From positions 9,128,503 through 9,173,341 of the forward strand of contig NC_057752.1 of assembly GCF_004010195.1 (NCBI RefSeq): DNA of 44,839 nucleotides. The letters are read 5' to 3'. The notes below the pieces were generated by a model. The model was not told the origin of the DNA, did no database searches, and saw only the letters and a list, made by a program, of their open reading frames with translations. Position 1 is the stretch's first letter. Each line of letters begins with the position of its first letter. Made by a program: the position numbers and the translations under genes. Of this stretch, positions 1 through 13,800 are shown one piece after another. The stretch comes from Chiloscyllium plagiosum (Eukaryota).

Positions 1-42
1 TTTCAGCTCTGATCTCCAGCATCTGCAGTCCTCACTTTCTCC
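1..42. mobile_element. Partial PLE terminal-repeat module at window edge, abutting the CR1 copy
   Basis: Reverse complement ggagaaagtgaggactgcagatgctggagatcagag matches the modules at 22936 and 29344. Confidence 0.7.
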
Positions 43-512
43 TCAATTTCTTTAGTCATCCAGCATTCCCTATACCTACCAGTCTTTCCTTTCACCCAAA
101 CAGGAATATACTTTCTCTGGATTTTCGTTATCTCATTTCTGAAGGCTTCCCATTTTCCAGCCGTCCCTTTAACTGCCAACATCTGCCCCCAATCAGCTTT
201 TGTAAGTTCTTGCCTAATACCGTCAAAATTGGCCTTCCTCCAATTTAGAACTTCAACTTTTAGATTGGGTCTATCCTTTTCCATCGCTATTTTAAATCTA
301 ATAGAATTATAGTCGCTGGCTCCAAAGTGCTTTCCCACTGACACCTCAGTCACCTGCCCTGCCTTATTTCCCAAGAGTAGGTCAGGTTTTGCACCTTCTC
401 TAGTAGGTACATCCACACACTGAATCATAAAATTGTCTTGTGCACACTTAACAAACTCCTCCCCATCTAAACCCTTAACACTACGGCAGTCCCAGTCAAT
501 GTTTGGAAAGTT
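43..512 (-). mobile_element. Young CR1-clade (HER1-like) LINE ORF2 fragment
   Basis: Encodes NFPNIDW...PTREGA..DLLL...SD(H/Y)N; near-identical to 39379-39849. Confidence 0.9.
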
Positions 513-1224
513 CAATGTCTCATTGTGCTCTCCATATATATTGTATGCAAAACTGACATTTTTTTTTCATGTGAATGATATTTGTAGAGACTGTTGTCAG
601 GGCAAAACTTCGTATTCATAACCCTTTTGTTGTCCGTAGTCATGGCAATCAGTTGTCACCATGGCAGACTGTATTGAACCAAAATTAGATCATTTTTCCT
701 GAAGTGTTTTTAACTTGGTGATTAATTTGGAATTCTTATATTAAATTGTTCTTGGGATGTAGGTGGCATTCTTGACAAGGCTGGTGCTTAATGCCCATCC
801 CTCGTTGGCCAGCGAAGTGTTGGGCGTTTTTCTCGAGCCACAAATAACACTTTCAGTACAAATGAGTGACTTGCTGCATCTTGGTCTTCTGTAATGTGTA
901 TATGACTGAGTTAAGTTTGTCTTATTACATGTATGGGTAGTTGGAACACAAATGGTTATGGCATAGACAAAGGATTAGTAAATTATTTGTATTTATAAAG
1001 TTTCTTACATTTCACACTGCTAGCAGTTGTCTATGGGAAGCCATTGAGTGGGGAAATGTACAGGTGACAACATTAGTGCCAGCCAACATGACAAGTTACC
1101 AGGAAGTACGGAAGATTCAATTAAATAAAACTATTTTTTATCATTATTCAATATAACAGTGCTGTGCTTTAAATTTGATTGGGAGCTCCTAGTAATTGGA
1201 AAGAGCTGTGTTGATGGTGTTTGT

Positions 1225-1450
1225 AGGAAAATTTCTCCCAGTGACCTTGCCAACATTTATCCCTCAACAAAATTGTAAAAATAATCTCATTGTTTATTTT
1301 GATACTGTTTGTGTGGTCTTGCTGAACATAAATTGACTGCAGTATTTTCTCACTTTACAATGGTAACTACACTTCAGCAGTACTTCAATGACTTTCAATC
1401 AGCTTGGGATATCCTTGAGGGCATGAAAAGCACTATATATAAAAAATGTC
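1225..1450 (+). mobile_element. Deu-domain SINE (SacSINE1/AmnSINE-related), old
   Basis: Contains gccaacatttatccctcaac...ctgtttgtg.g.tcttgctg...actacacttca...tacttca...cactatata, matching the recalled Deu domain and L2-type tail. Confidence 0.65.
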
Positions 1451-1648
1451 TTCATTTTTTCCTTCATTAAGATACATTTTCCTTTCTTGGTCGTGTCCAG
1501 CAAAGATGTAGATAGCCCAAGATAGGTGAATTGTGTCTTTTAGAGCTATTTGACATTTCCAAACATAATTGCAATTTTTTTTTGAAATTACTAATTTGCT
1601 TGAATAGCTTTTTACTTTTTGATCTTTTCTTTTAACATTTGCCAACAG

Positions 1649-1859
1649 GAAGTTGCAGAACGTTTGAAGGACATTCTGGACAAAGTGAATTTTGCTTTGA
1701 GTCACGCAAGATTTGACCACCAACAAGTGCCCAAAATCACCTTAACCCCTGAAAAAAAGGAAAGGGAATGGTTGATAGATACAATCGCTGAATTTGCAAC
1801 TGGCAACAGCACCAAAGAGGAAATCTTAAAGTTTATTCTACAATGGCTATCAGACAGCA
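1649..1859 (+). CDS. FAM186: FAM186-like exon ([10 protein letters not shown]...LQWLSDS)
   Basis: Pyrimidine tract and cag acceptor at 1647-1648; gtatgc donor at 1860; phase 0 to 1; resembles the FAM186 N-terminal domain. Confidence 0.85.
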
Positions 1860-4800
1860 GTATGCAGTTTATTATAAACTAGTTGATCTCCATTGGCGTT
1901 ATGCATTGAATGGGGCAAATTGTAATCTAACTCACCCATTTTGAGAAGCAGAGAAGTGCAGTTGTTTGAAGTGTAAGACTTTCTGTGACGGTACAAGCTG
2001 AGGAGCTGGGTGATGTAAAAACAAGATATTTCAGCACTACAGCTGGTGGGAGGGTGTAATTACAGTAATTAATTAAAAACACACATTCATTATAAATGTA
2101 GATATATATTTATGAGAGGAATTTATGAGAGGAAAGGTTGTCATAAAAGTTTAACAAAAACTGATGAGGAAGTAAAGCTTTGTGCATAGGACATATGCAT
2201 AAATCTTAGATTTTTGGTATTATTAAAATTGGTGTATTGAATATAGAATAGTAGGAACTCAATAATCTGCATGTCCTAATAGCAATGTAAGCAAGGAAAG
2301 AGGATTTCCAGGTCATCCCATCAACCAGGATCCCATTAAACCATTTATTATATTCTCCATTACAATTCCCTTGCTTTGTGCTGGATATGGGCCAGGTCAA
2401 GTTTTGATTCAAACACTTCACCAGTGAGTATTTATGACACAAGGTGACAGTCTAAAGAACAAGGCAACACTCAATAAAAGTATGTTATCCAGTGGGTAAA
2501 GACACTGTTTTTGTACAATATACAAGCTAATATGAAACAGGTTTCATTCCAGGCCTGTGTGCATGTGTCTCACAGCATTTGTAGCACCATGACTGGATTA
2601 CTTATGAGGGCTAATCAGCCAGTGTCCTGTTGCTACTCAGCAGCTCTTGATGGAATATATTCATATCCAGTAAGAACAGCATTATAACTGAGTGGCTGAA
2701 TATCATTAATTGTCAAAAAGCTGACTGATTTTAGGAAAATACTAATTTAACAAGAGGGATACATTGAATGTAGGGTTGTTTGGCATTGGTGAAAAGGTCA
2801 GAATTTGTTGTCCATCCCAAATTGTCCTTGAAATGGGTGGCTTGCTGGGCTGTTGCAGAAGGCAGTTAAGAGCCAACCATGTCGTGGATCTGGAGTCATA
2901 AGTAGGCCAGACCAGGTAATGGCAGCAAACCTCCTTCCCTAAAGAGCATGAGTGAAATGGGTGGATTTTTACAGTAGTTTCATGGTCACCGTTACTCAGG
3001 CTCGTTTTATAATTCTAGATTTTAACAATTGAATTTAAATTCCAGCAGCTGTGGTTGGATTTGAACCCATATCCCCAGATCAGTGGTTTGGGTCTCTCGA
3101 TTACAGGTCCAATCGCACTACCACTGTACTATCACCTCTAATATTCCGATGTTTTTCATTAAACCGCATATTGGAACAATTCACGTTTTAGGCATGCACT
3201 TAATTCGAGTCAGCTGTAGGTTCCAAGGCAGGTTGTTGACTGTAGAAGTATTTGTAGGCCTAGTTTGAAGAATTATTCTCTCATGTTTATTAAATGAATC
3301 TTCATGATTTTATATTTGCGATATAACCCAACCACATTGCAACAAATTATCGAGATGTGAAAGGACTGCAGAGTAAGACTTGTATTTAATTTATAATTCA
3401 ACAATTGTATCAAAGCCAAATCTTTTCACATGAACAGAATTGGAAGTGCATCCACACATAAAGCATTTGATGATTAATATATGTTTATTGACATTTGCCA
3501 GGAACTTGAATGATGCCTTCAAGTGTGCAGTGTTGGATGAAATCAGCCCTTACAAATACCCAAAATGTGTTTCAAAAAGTTTAACAATATACTTAAAGGG
3601 GTTTAAAACGTTAGATTAAGCATTTTGGTATAGGTTCACATTACTACTGTGTACATTAACATTGATTAATCAGTCAGAACAATTTCTCACTTTCAGTGAT
3701 ATTTTACTGAACCAATACTGGGTCCTGAGTGTTCTAATAATAGGATGCTAGCGTGGAGTCAGGCATTTTGCCCTAATACCCACTGATTTCATCCACTTTG
3801 AATCTAAAATTATAATCTTCTAAAGGTGAAAAGCTAGGAACAATTGAGTTCCATTTAATAATTCTTAAAAGTAGGCCTACAAATCAGTGGCCAGATATAT
3901 AGATCATTAAAATGTCGTAAACAGGTGCTTTATTTAATCAGCAAAGCTAATAGAATGCTGATTTTCATATCAAAAAATCCAAGTACAGCAGGTCTCAGTT
4001 CAGCACCAAAAGCCCTATTTAGATCACACCAGTGAGTCGTTCTTGATAGGACACCTTAGGATACTGGCCTTGGGGGGAGTGCTGTGTGGATCTACTGAAA
4101 TGATACCTGGATGTGTTAAATTACAAGGAGAGATTACATAAACTAAGGTAGTCTTCCCTGGAATTTCAAAGGTTAAGGGGTGATTTAATCAGAGTTTTTC
4201 AAAGTATTAAGGGGAATAGACTGGGTCGAGCGAAACTAGTTCCACTGGTTGGAGAGTCAAGAACTAGGGACCATAGTCTAAAAAATTGAGCAAGACCTTT
4301 CAGGTGTGAAATTAGGAAACACACCTATGCAGAAAGGGTGGTTAAAGTTTTGAACACTCCACCACAAAAAACAATTGATACTGGAACAATTGTTCATCTT
4401 AAATCAGAGATTAATAGATATTTGCCAACCCAAAGTCTTCAGAGATTTGGGACAAATGTGGGTATATGGAGTTAGGTTGCAGATAGCATGATTTCACTGC
4501 ACAGGGAACTGACTGGAGAGACTGAATGGCTTCCTGCTGTTCTGAAAAGAGTCATTTTTAACGACATGCAAATTAAAAACATTTGGATGAGGATGAAATC
4601 TCGTTAGAAAAAAAGTGTCTGCAGAACCAACATGGTTTTGTCAAAAGAACGTTGTGTTTAGCTTATTTATTGGAGCCTTTTGAAGAAGTAACTTGTGCTG
4701 TAGATAAAGGGGGTCCAGTGAATGTATTGTATTAGATTTCCAGAAGGTATTTCATAATCAAAAGTTATTATGGAAAATAAAAGCTCACAGTGTAGGGGTA

Positions 4801-7800
4801 ACATTTTGGCTTGGATAGAAGATTGGTGGGCTAACAGGAGGCAGAGAGTAGAATAAATGAGTCTTTTTCAAGGTGGCAAGGTATCACAAGTGATGTACCA
4901 CAGATGTTGGTGCTGGGCATCAACTCTTTACAATTTCATACAATTACAACATTTAGAAGGCATCTGGATGGGTATATGAACAGGAAGGGTTTGGAGGGAT
5001 GTGGGCCTACTGCTGGCAAATGGGACTAGATTAGGTTAGGATATCTGGTCGGCATGGACAAGTTGGACCGAAGGGGTCTGTTTCCGTGCTGTCCATCTCT
5101 ATGACTCTATAAATGATTTGGATGAAGGGATGAAAGCTACAATAACTAAATTTGTTGATGACACAAAGGTAGGTACGAAAGTGAGTGTGAAAAGAACAAA
5201 AAACCTCCAAAGGGATATAGATAAGTGAGTGGGCAAAGATCTGGCAAATGGAGTACATTGTTGGAAAATGTGGAATTGTCTGTTTTTGGCAGAGAGAATA
5301 AAGGAGCATGTTATTGAAATGGTGAGAGGTTGCGGAGCTCTGAGATGCAGAGAGATTTGGGTGTCCTAGTGTATGAGTCACGGAAGGTTAGTCCTTAGGT
5401 ACAGCAAGTAGTCAGAAAAGCTAATAGAATGTTATATTTTATTGTGAGGGAAATTGAATGCAACAAAAGGGAGGTTATGTTTCAGTTATACAGGGCAACG
5501 GTGAGCCTGCGTTTGGAGTACTGTGTACAGTACTGGTCATCATATTTACAAAAGGATGTTAACGCATGGGAGGTAATTCAGAGGAGAGTCAGAGGTGACC
5601 TAATTGAAACATAAAGTATCCTGATGAAACTTGACTGGATGTTTGTGGAGAAGGATGTTTCCTCTTGTGGGAGAATCTAGAAGGGGTCATAGTTTAAAAA
5701 TAGCAGGGGGGTGTGCCCATTTATAAGAGATGAGGAAAACCTTTTCTCTGAGGGTTGTGAGTCTTTGTAATGCCCTGAAAAGGCAGTGGATGCAGAATTG
5801 TTAAATATTTTTAAGGCAGAGCTAGATAGATTCTTGATTACCAAGATGAAAGATTATCAGGGGAATACAGGAATGGAGAGTTGAGGTTAAAATCCGATCA
5901 GCCATGATCTTATTGAATGGCAGAGCAGGACCAAAGAGCCAGGTGGCCTACTCTTGTTCCTTGTTTGTATGTTTATAATTGTGAAATGTCTTCCCCAACC
6001 TCAGGACATCCTAAAACATCTTACAGCTAAAGAAGTACTTTTAAATTGTAGTCACTATTTTCACAAAGCAGGTACAGCAGGCAGTTTACCCAGAAAGCTT
6101 TCATAGACACTAATTAAGTAAATAATCAGAACATCTTTTTTAAAGATCTTGGTTTAAGGGATAAATATTAACCAGAAGTGAAAAGAATTGCAGGTTGTGA
6201 TCCCAAGATAAAGCTGGACAGTATAGCACTTTCATGTAATAAAACAGATTTTGACTTCGTCAGTTATTCAGTATCCCTGATCATGATTTGAAATCATGTG
6301 AGCCAGCCCCTGAGGCTGATGTGTTTGATGGGATAGTGTAGTGTGAGCTTTACTCTGTATCTAATCCCGTGCTGTATCTGTCCTGGGTTTTTACTGGGAT
6401 AATGTCGAGAGAGCTGTAGTCTGTATTAACCCTGTGCTGTATCAGCCTTTGGAGTGTTTGATGAGACAGTGTAGCAGGAGTGTTAGTCTGTATTTAACCT
6501 TGTTATGCCGAACTTGAGAGTGTTCAATTCTGACAATGCTCTCTGCTTAAGATGGAAAGTATTTCACAGATTAGCATTAACTTCTCAATCTTGATGAACA
6601 CAAAACAAATGCACGAGAGTAATCTGTTTCAATAAAATTTACAAGCATGATTTTATGTTAATAATGTATTTTGCAGATCAAACATTAATTGATGAAGAAG
6701 ATATCGAGGAGGATAGAGAGATAGAGAAAACGTCGGCTGAATGGATAGAGGAAGTTAATGTGAAAGTGCAATCGAGCCTGGCTTCTTCCCAAGAGTGTAT
6801 AGAAAATCTCCATAAAATATCAAAAACTCTGTTTAGCCTCCAACATGAACATATAAAGCCAAAGTCAGCAGGTACATTTACAAAAGTATTAGAGTTTGGC
6901 ATATGTCCTAATGTCCAACTTTAAAGGAGACAAAGCTGTTATCTGGGCATGCAGCTTCCTGTGCTGTATGAGCTACTGCTGATGAAGCTTGCTACCACCA
7001 ACCTCTTTTAAGCGTAGGGAGCTACAAGACCTGCTTGGTTCAGTCTGGTCAAGGAAAATCACTTCCTGGTCTAACTAGAAGAGTCTCTTGTAGTTAACGA
7101 GATATAGAGTCATAGAGATTTATGGCACGGAAACAAACCATTCAGTCCAACTCATCCATGCGAACCAGATATACCAACCCAATCTATTCCTACCTGCCAG
7201 CACCCGGCCCACATCCCTCCAAACCCTTCCTATTCATATACCCATCCAGATGCCTTTTAAATGTTCCAATTTTACTAGCCTCCACCACTGCCTGTGGCAG
7301 CTCATTCCATACACGTACCACCCTCTGCGTGAAAACGTTGTCCCTTAGGTCTCTTTTATATCTTTCCCCTCTCACCCTAAACCTATGCCCTCTAGTTCTG
7401 GACTCCCCCACCCCAGGGAAGAAACTTTGTCTATTTATCCTATCCATGCCCCTCATAATTTTATAAACCTCTGTAAGGTCACCCCTCAGCCTCTGATGCT
7501 ATCTTGGGAACTAGTCACTAGTTACATTAATATAAAAATTAGTACCAGGAATTTGAAGAGGAGCAGATATTAGGCCACATTGCTTCAAGATCTTAAACAA
7601 TTCTTCCCACATATCCATATGACAATTATAGCAAGTGGTGCTGATGGCATTCTTCAGTATAAACCCTGTTGAATCCTTTCGGATCCATACCAACATTCCC
7701 CTGCCCCCAAAGCTTTTTTTTCTCTTTTAACGTCACATATTTGTGAATATAATTACATTTACCACAACCCCATTGCCCCAGATTTCTGAGTTTACACATT

Positions 7801-10800
7801 CAAGTGTTCTGGAAGTCTTGCTGTTCTCCTGGAATGACTTCTCTTTGAACTTGGAAGACTGGTCTTCCACCTAGCAAACGACCATTGTCTTTGATTCTCT
7901 TTCTTGACAGTCTGAAGGTCCCATGATCTGGAGGAACTTTAATATTGCTTGCTGAAAAGTAATTCCTTCTTTTCAGTATCTTGAGTCTATGAAATTGGCC
8001 ATTCCGTCCTCGCGTATTATATCTTGAATCATTGGACATTGCTTCAGGAACCATGACATGCACAATCATGACAATCAAGCCAGTTCTCTCTCTGCTCAGC
8101 TTCAAGCTTTTTTGCTGAAAACTTTGAAGGAGCTAATCTCAGACACGTGACTGCTGTCATTGGTAAATGTGCATAATACCCTATACAGGACACAGTAAAG
8201 AATCCATTTCAGATGTGTTGTCTACATATTGTTACACCTTTGCTGGTGACTGAGAGACCAATCTACTAGAGGCAGCTTCTGCCTTTGCAACTTCATCAGT
8301 GCTGGAGATGAAACAATGGTAATATAATAATTGCCTGTGAGTATTAGACCTCCTTCCTCTTGATCCTCTAGTTCAATAATTTTGTTGATAAGGATGGAAC
8401 AGTTAATATGAAAGGATTGCCATGGTGGCTACACTTTTACGTAACAGCTGTTTTAGATTGTCACTTGATTTTGTTTAAAAGCTCGTGAAAATGGCTATTC
8501 TTTCACCAAGCGTAAGGAGAACAAAGTCAGATTAATAGATTTACAGTCCTAGTTTGTTCAATATTGACCATGTACAAATCTAATATGTGGCTCAGGAGTA
8601 GCATCCTTGCCTCTGAGCCAGATCCCAGGACTTGATGGTCAAGCTGTGTTCATAACTTGGACAAACAGATTATCAACCTACAGATCCTTACAATAACACA
8701 CCGCTGGTATGGTGAAAGTGGGAGAGATTCCTGGTCAGCAAATGGAATGGAAAGGAAGTTGGAGTCTTTACTATCATTGTCTCAAAGTCTCTACTCCACT
8801 GTCCACAGCCCACAACATGCATGTAAAAGTGCAAGTTGCCACAGCAACTCTGCCTCGCTGAGTGATCTGTAACATAACAAACATAATATAACCTATGACT
8901 GGACTCATTGTTAAATACTATTATGGATATACATTCTGTCAGTTTCATACTGATTTCATTTTTATGGAGGTGGATTGTTTACTGTCCTGTTTTGAGGCAA
9001 ATCTTTAATGTGACAGTCCATAACATGGACATACTACATTCAAAATATGTCCTCCGTATCCGTGTGTGGTTGGATTTCTGCTAGTTCTGTCCTCCACCAA
9101 TAATCTGTACAGCAAGCATCAATAACTCGCTATAAAAGCAGAAAAATGGTGGAAACAGCAGGTCAGGAATCATGTGTGGAGAGAGAAAACTGGGTTAATG
9201 TTTTGGGCTGATAATCTTTTATGAACGTGACACTGACTGGAAGGTAACCACAAAAAAAAATTCACATCTTGGCATGCTTAAGCTCTTAAATGCTATTACC
9301 AGATTTGTTAGCAAAACCAAATTGCTCCCCAAACTAACTTTTGGGACATGGTCAAACTAACTTTTGGAATATGGTCAGAAATGAGCTCAGTAATACTAAT
9401 GTACTAAATTACCTAACATTAATGGACAGAGTAATTGCCAAATATTTTTGTTTTTAAGCTGAATTCATATTCTCCATCTGTCATGGTAAAATTTATATTC
9501 AAATTTTCTGAATTATTAGTTCAAGCTTCTGGACTCCTAGTCCAGTAATATAACCATGATGCTTCTTTACCTGATTGCTTCTGTTACATGCTTTTCATGT
9601 CTCATGATGCCTCAAAGTATGTTCCAACTGATGATTTCTTCCCAAAGTGTTGTCCATTTTATTATCGTCAAACTTGGCAGCTACTTGGTACACAAACTGC
9701 AAAAGGATAAATGACTAGCTGGTCTGTTTGGTTGAAGGACAGGTGTTAGCTTGGATTCCAGGACGATAAATTCCCCTGCTCTTCGAAACTTTCTACATCC
9801 ATCAGAATGGAGAGTTGGGGGCTCAGCTTAATGTTTCACTAAAAGGTAGCACTCTTAACACTACAGAAGTCTCTTAGTACTGACCTACTATTGTAAGATT
9901 TTGGGTTGTATTTTATACTTGTAACACCTGAATCCATATGTGGAGCAGGGCATTTGTTGGACTGGGGCCTGGCGCCGGTGGTCAGACCATGTGCTAAGCT
10001 ACTGCTATTTGAAATTCTTTATCGGACTGTAATGTCAATGCTTTAACTATGTTCTAACTATCTTATTTCTAACTTATTTTTTAGATACTAAGTAATGCTG
10101 CTACATTTCCTTTTATTCCTCTTTTGTGTCTGAGATTTGTACCTAGATATTTGTACCTAAAATGGCACCATTAGAGGCAACCATTGTAAATAAAAACTCT
10201 CACTGTACTCCTGTACTTCTGTACTGGGGTACACATGACAATAAAGGATATTCGATTCATTCTATTCTATAGCTATAGACTGAGTTTGAGAGAGTCAATC
10301 TAAAGTTTACCAGTCCTGACTACTTACAAGACCCATTTCTGGTATAAATATGTTTTCACAATTTTTACAGAATTTATTAAGTTATTATAACAAGTACAGA
10401 AGAAATGGCACTTAATAAAATCAGTGGTTTGTAGCCTATCAATATTAGGATATCAGTTTGCAATGCTGGGTTGACTGAGCGCAGTTCCGTTCTGTTGGCT
10501 GAAGTTTTCTTCTGTCTTTGATCTTCATTGTTGCAGCGGACTGTGGAGGCCAGGTCACTGAGTGTCTCTAAGACAGAGATAGATAGCTTCTTGATTGGCA
10601 ACGGAATCAAAGATTACAGGGAAAAGGCAGAGACATAGTAGCCATGCAGAGCAGACCCCATGGGCGGAATGGCCTAATTCTGCTCCTACGTCTTATGGTC
10701 TTACAGTTATGGTCTCTCTTCTTATGCATTGAACCACTGAAACCCAAGCCTTATTTACCCTTGCTAGCCACTAACCTCCTGTGCTTGATCAAAGGCATCT

Positions 10801-13800
10801 TGTACTCTAATTGGTCTATTAGTGCATGAATGGTTCATGGTCAATCTTGGATTTGCTAGGTAAGCTCTGTCCAATTTCTGATTGTATTCTTTAAAAGTAA
10901 CGGCCTTCTTATTGACATCACTTCCGACTGACTCCTCATTCATTCTTTACCATAACAATCATTTCGTAAGAACTGATCTTTCTACAACAGCTTCTCCCTC
11001 TCAGTTTGCCAATTCCATAGATCTTTCCCAAAATAAGATGGCAGCAGTGAACCAATTAATGCATTTGCTTCGAGAATGTAATATCATCTCCTAGTGATTA
11101 ACTATCGTCCCAAATGCATCAAATGATACTCTGAGAATTCTGAGAAATCTATCAATATCCTTTGTCCTCAAGAATCATGCGTGACTTCACAATGACTTTG
11201 AGATCTATAAAACAAAGTTCAAAATAACAAAACAAAATAATACACAGGCCTGTTACATACTGTAAGTTCCCATTTTAAAATACAGTGGTATCTGAATAAA
11301 AGCTGTGTCCACTTCAAAACTATTTTCACATTTGTCAACATAAATTTACATTAGCAATAACAACCGAAATTGCTGAAAAAGCTCAGCAGGTCTGGCAGCA
11401 TCTGTAGTGGGAAATCAGAATTAATGTTTCGGATCTAGTGACCCCTCCTCAGAACTGGACCAGAAACGTTAACTCTAATTTCTCTCCACAGATGCTGGCA
11501 GACTTGCTGAGCTTTTCCAGCAATTTCTGTTTTTGTTTCTGATTTCCAGCATCCACAGTTGTTTTGGTTTTTAAGTTTGCATTAACCTGAGTTGTAAAAA
11601 AGCAACCATAAATGCCCTTACTTTTAACCTGGCCACATAGCTTCTTCACTGCAGAACATGTTTAACAACTAAGTATAGTTTAGGATAATTAAAAAGATAT
11701 AATTTGATTCTTCACTTGCTTGATTAAGTCCTAATAAAAAATAACTCAATCCTACACTCTATCAGCCTAGATTAGGTGCTCAAGTCCTGAATGGAGCTTG
11801 AATCCATGATCATCCAACAGAGGTGAGAGCGCTTTCACTTAGCCAAGCTGGCATTTAGAAAGTTGTGTTGTAAAATGTTAAAAGCAGAATGCATGGAAAA
11901 TTACATTATCCAATTTTGATTGAAAGAAAGAGAAAGACTTATATTAATATAACAATACTTTCAAAATGTTTTGGAACATAACATATAATAGCGTACAGTA
12001 ATTGGGCCTTACATTGTGATTGTTTGCAGGACCTGATGGTAAAGGTACTATTTTAAAATGGTGGAGGGAGAAAAAGATGGATCCCAAAACACTCATGCAT
12101 CTCCTGGATATGCAGCCAATGAGTACAGTGAAAATGGTGGAACCAAACATTGCAAAACAATTGGATGCTGCAGTGGGAGAGATTGATATGATACTAACAG
12201 ACATTGCAAAATCTCCTCCTTGCAAAAAAGCCCAGACAATTGCATTCAGATACATCAGGAAATTTATAGAGAATCTTCACAAAGCATTTCACATTCGGTC
12301 ACAAGAATATTTTGAGGTTGAAAATGAATTGAGAAAGTCAGATTCATTTGGCTCCCAGGGTGCTGAAGATAATCTGGTGAATGAACTAAAACATCTTCGA
12401 GAGCACAGTAGTGCACTTAAAACACGTGCTGAATTAGCAGAACACCATTACAGGGAAGCATGCAGCACCAACTACAATCTGGAAAACACCATTAAACTTT
12501 TGAGGTCCAAAGTTGCACAGCTACAAAACATTAAGAAAACAGACTCTCATGAGCAAACCACTTGTGAAAATTTCTCTGCATCTGATGAAATGCAAATAAA
12601 AACAAAACAGACACCCAAAACAAATAAAAGAACCACGCTTGTGAAAAAGTCAAGGGACAAAATCATTCCCATAGAAAGTCTCAGGGGGAAATATCCCTTC
12701 ACTAAGGAGCACAAAAATATTCTTGTTGATGGGAATGATAGACTTGATGAACAAAGGACAAAATCGAAAACAGGAAAAAATTCATTTGCAGAACCTCAGG
12801 AACAACAAACTATCCTGGAAGTATCCAAGGAAGAAAACATTCCCATAGAAAAACCTGAAGGGAATGATATTCCCACAGAAATGTCCAATGAAAGTACCAT
12901 TCCCACAACTCAGCCCAAACCGGAGAAGGATCTTACTGAAGTCATTCAATGCAAGTTGCATAAATCTGGTGCAGTAAAGAAACAGAAGACATCAGCTCGG
13001 AAAGAAGAAGCTGTGAAGACCAAGGCTAAGCAGATGGCCGTAGACTTGCTGACAGATTTTCAAACTGCTGTTTTGTATTCACTGGATCACGGATTGAGCA
13101 GTGGCAAAGAACTTTCTCCAGGTGACGTCTGTAAAGTCCAAGCTCTCCTCAAGTCTGCTGAATTAAAAAACCTTTACGGAGTGATTGAGAAAGCACTCAA
13201 AGAAATATTTGCCAAGCCAATGCAGAATGCCAAGCAAGAGCATAGTGAACAACCTATTCATTTATTGGTGCCATCAAAGGAAAACCAAGTGGAGAAATTA
13301 AAGGAGAAACAACCGGAATTTACAACTTTAGCTGAACTTCTTGAAGAAATTTTCAGATTCAGTATCATTCAAGAGATTGCACTTGATGAATTAAGTGCCC
13401 AAATTCAATATTTCATTGAAGAGGCTAAAGAGGACAAAAATATGTCCCAGGAAGAAGCCCACTTCTGTGAAAAGACCCTGGAAGCTTTGGACACAATTTT
13501 GACACTTGAGAAAATGTCCTCTCGTGCCGGAATGGACCAGTTAATCAGGATTCGAGAGGCAACCAAGAATTTATACTCTGTCAATAATGTTCTTGGGCTT
13601 AAAGGAAAGGAAATTAAACTACAGGCAGAACATTGTAAGAAGGAAGGAGTTTTTCTGTCTAATATGGCATCAGAGCCTATAGAAAGAACAATACAACCCA
13701 GAGGAAAGGTCTCTGAGGCTGCTGATACCAACAAAATTGTAGATGGATCGTATATTGTAAATGTGACATACCTAAGAACGAATTATAAAACATTGGACCA

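Noticed and set aside
10700..11200. Possible decayed transposase or gag on the minus strand (DRFLRILRV)
   Set aside because: Only one short motif, and I could not extend a colinear alignment by eye.
13405..13734. Antisense ORFs overlapping exons (also 11944-12255 and 6678-6902)
   Set aside because: They are shadows of the coding strand.
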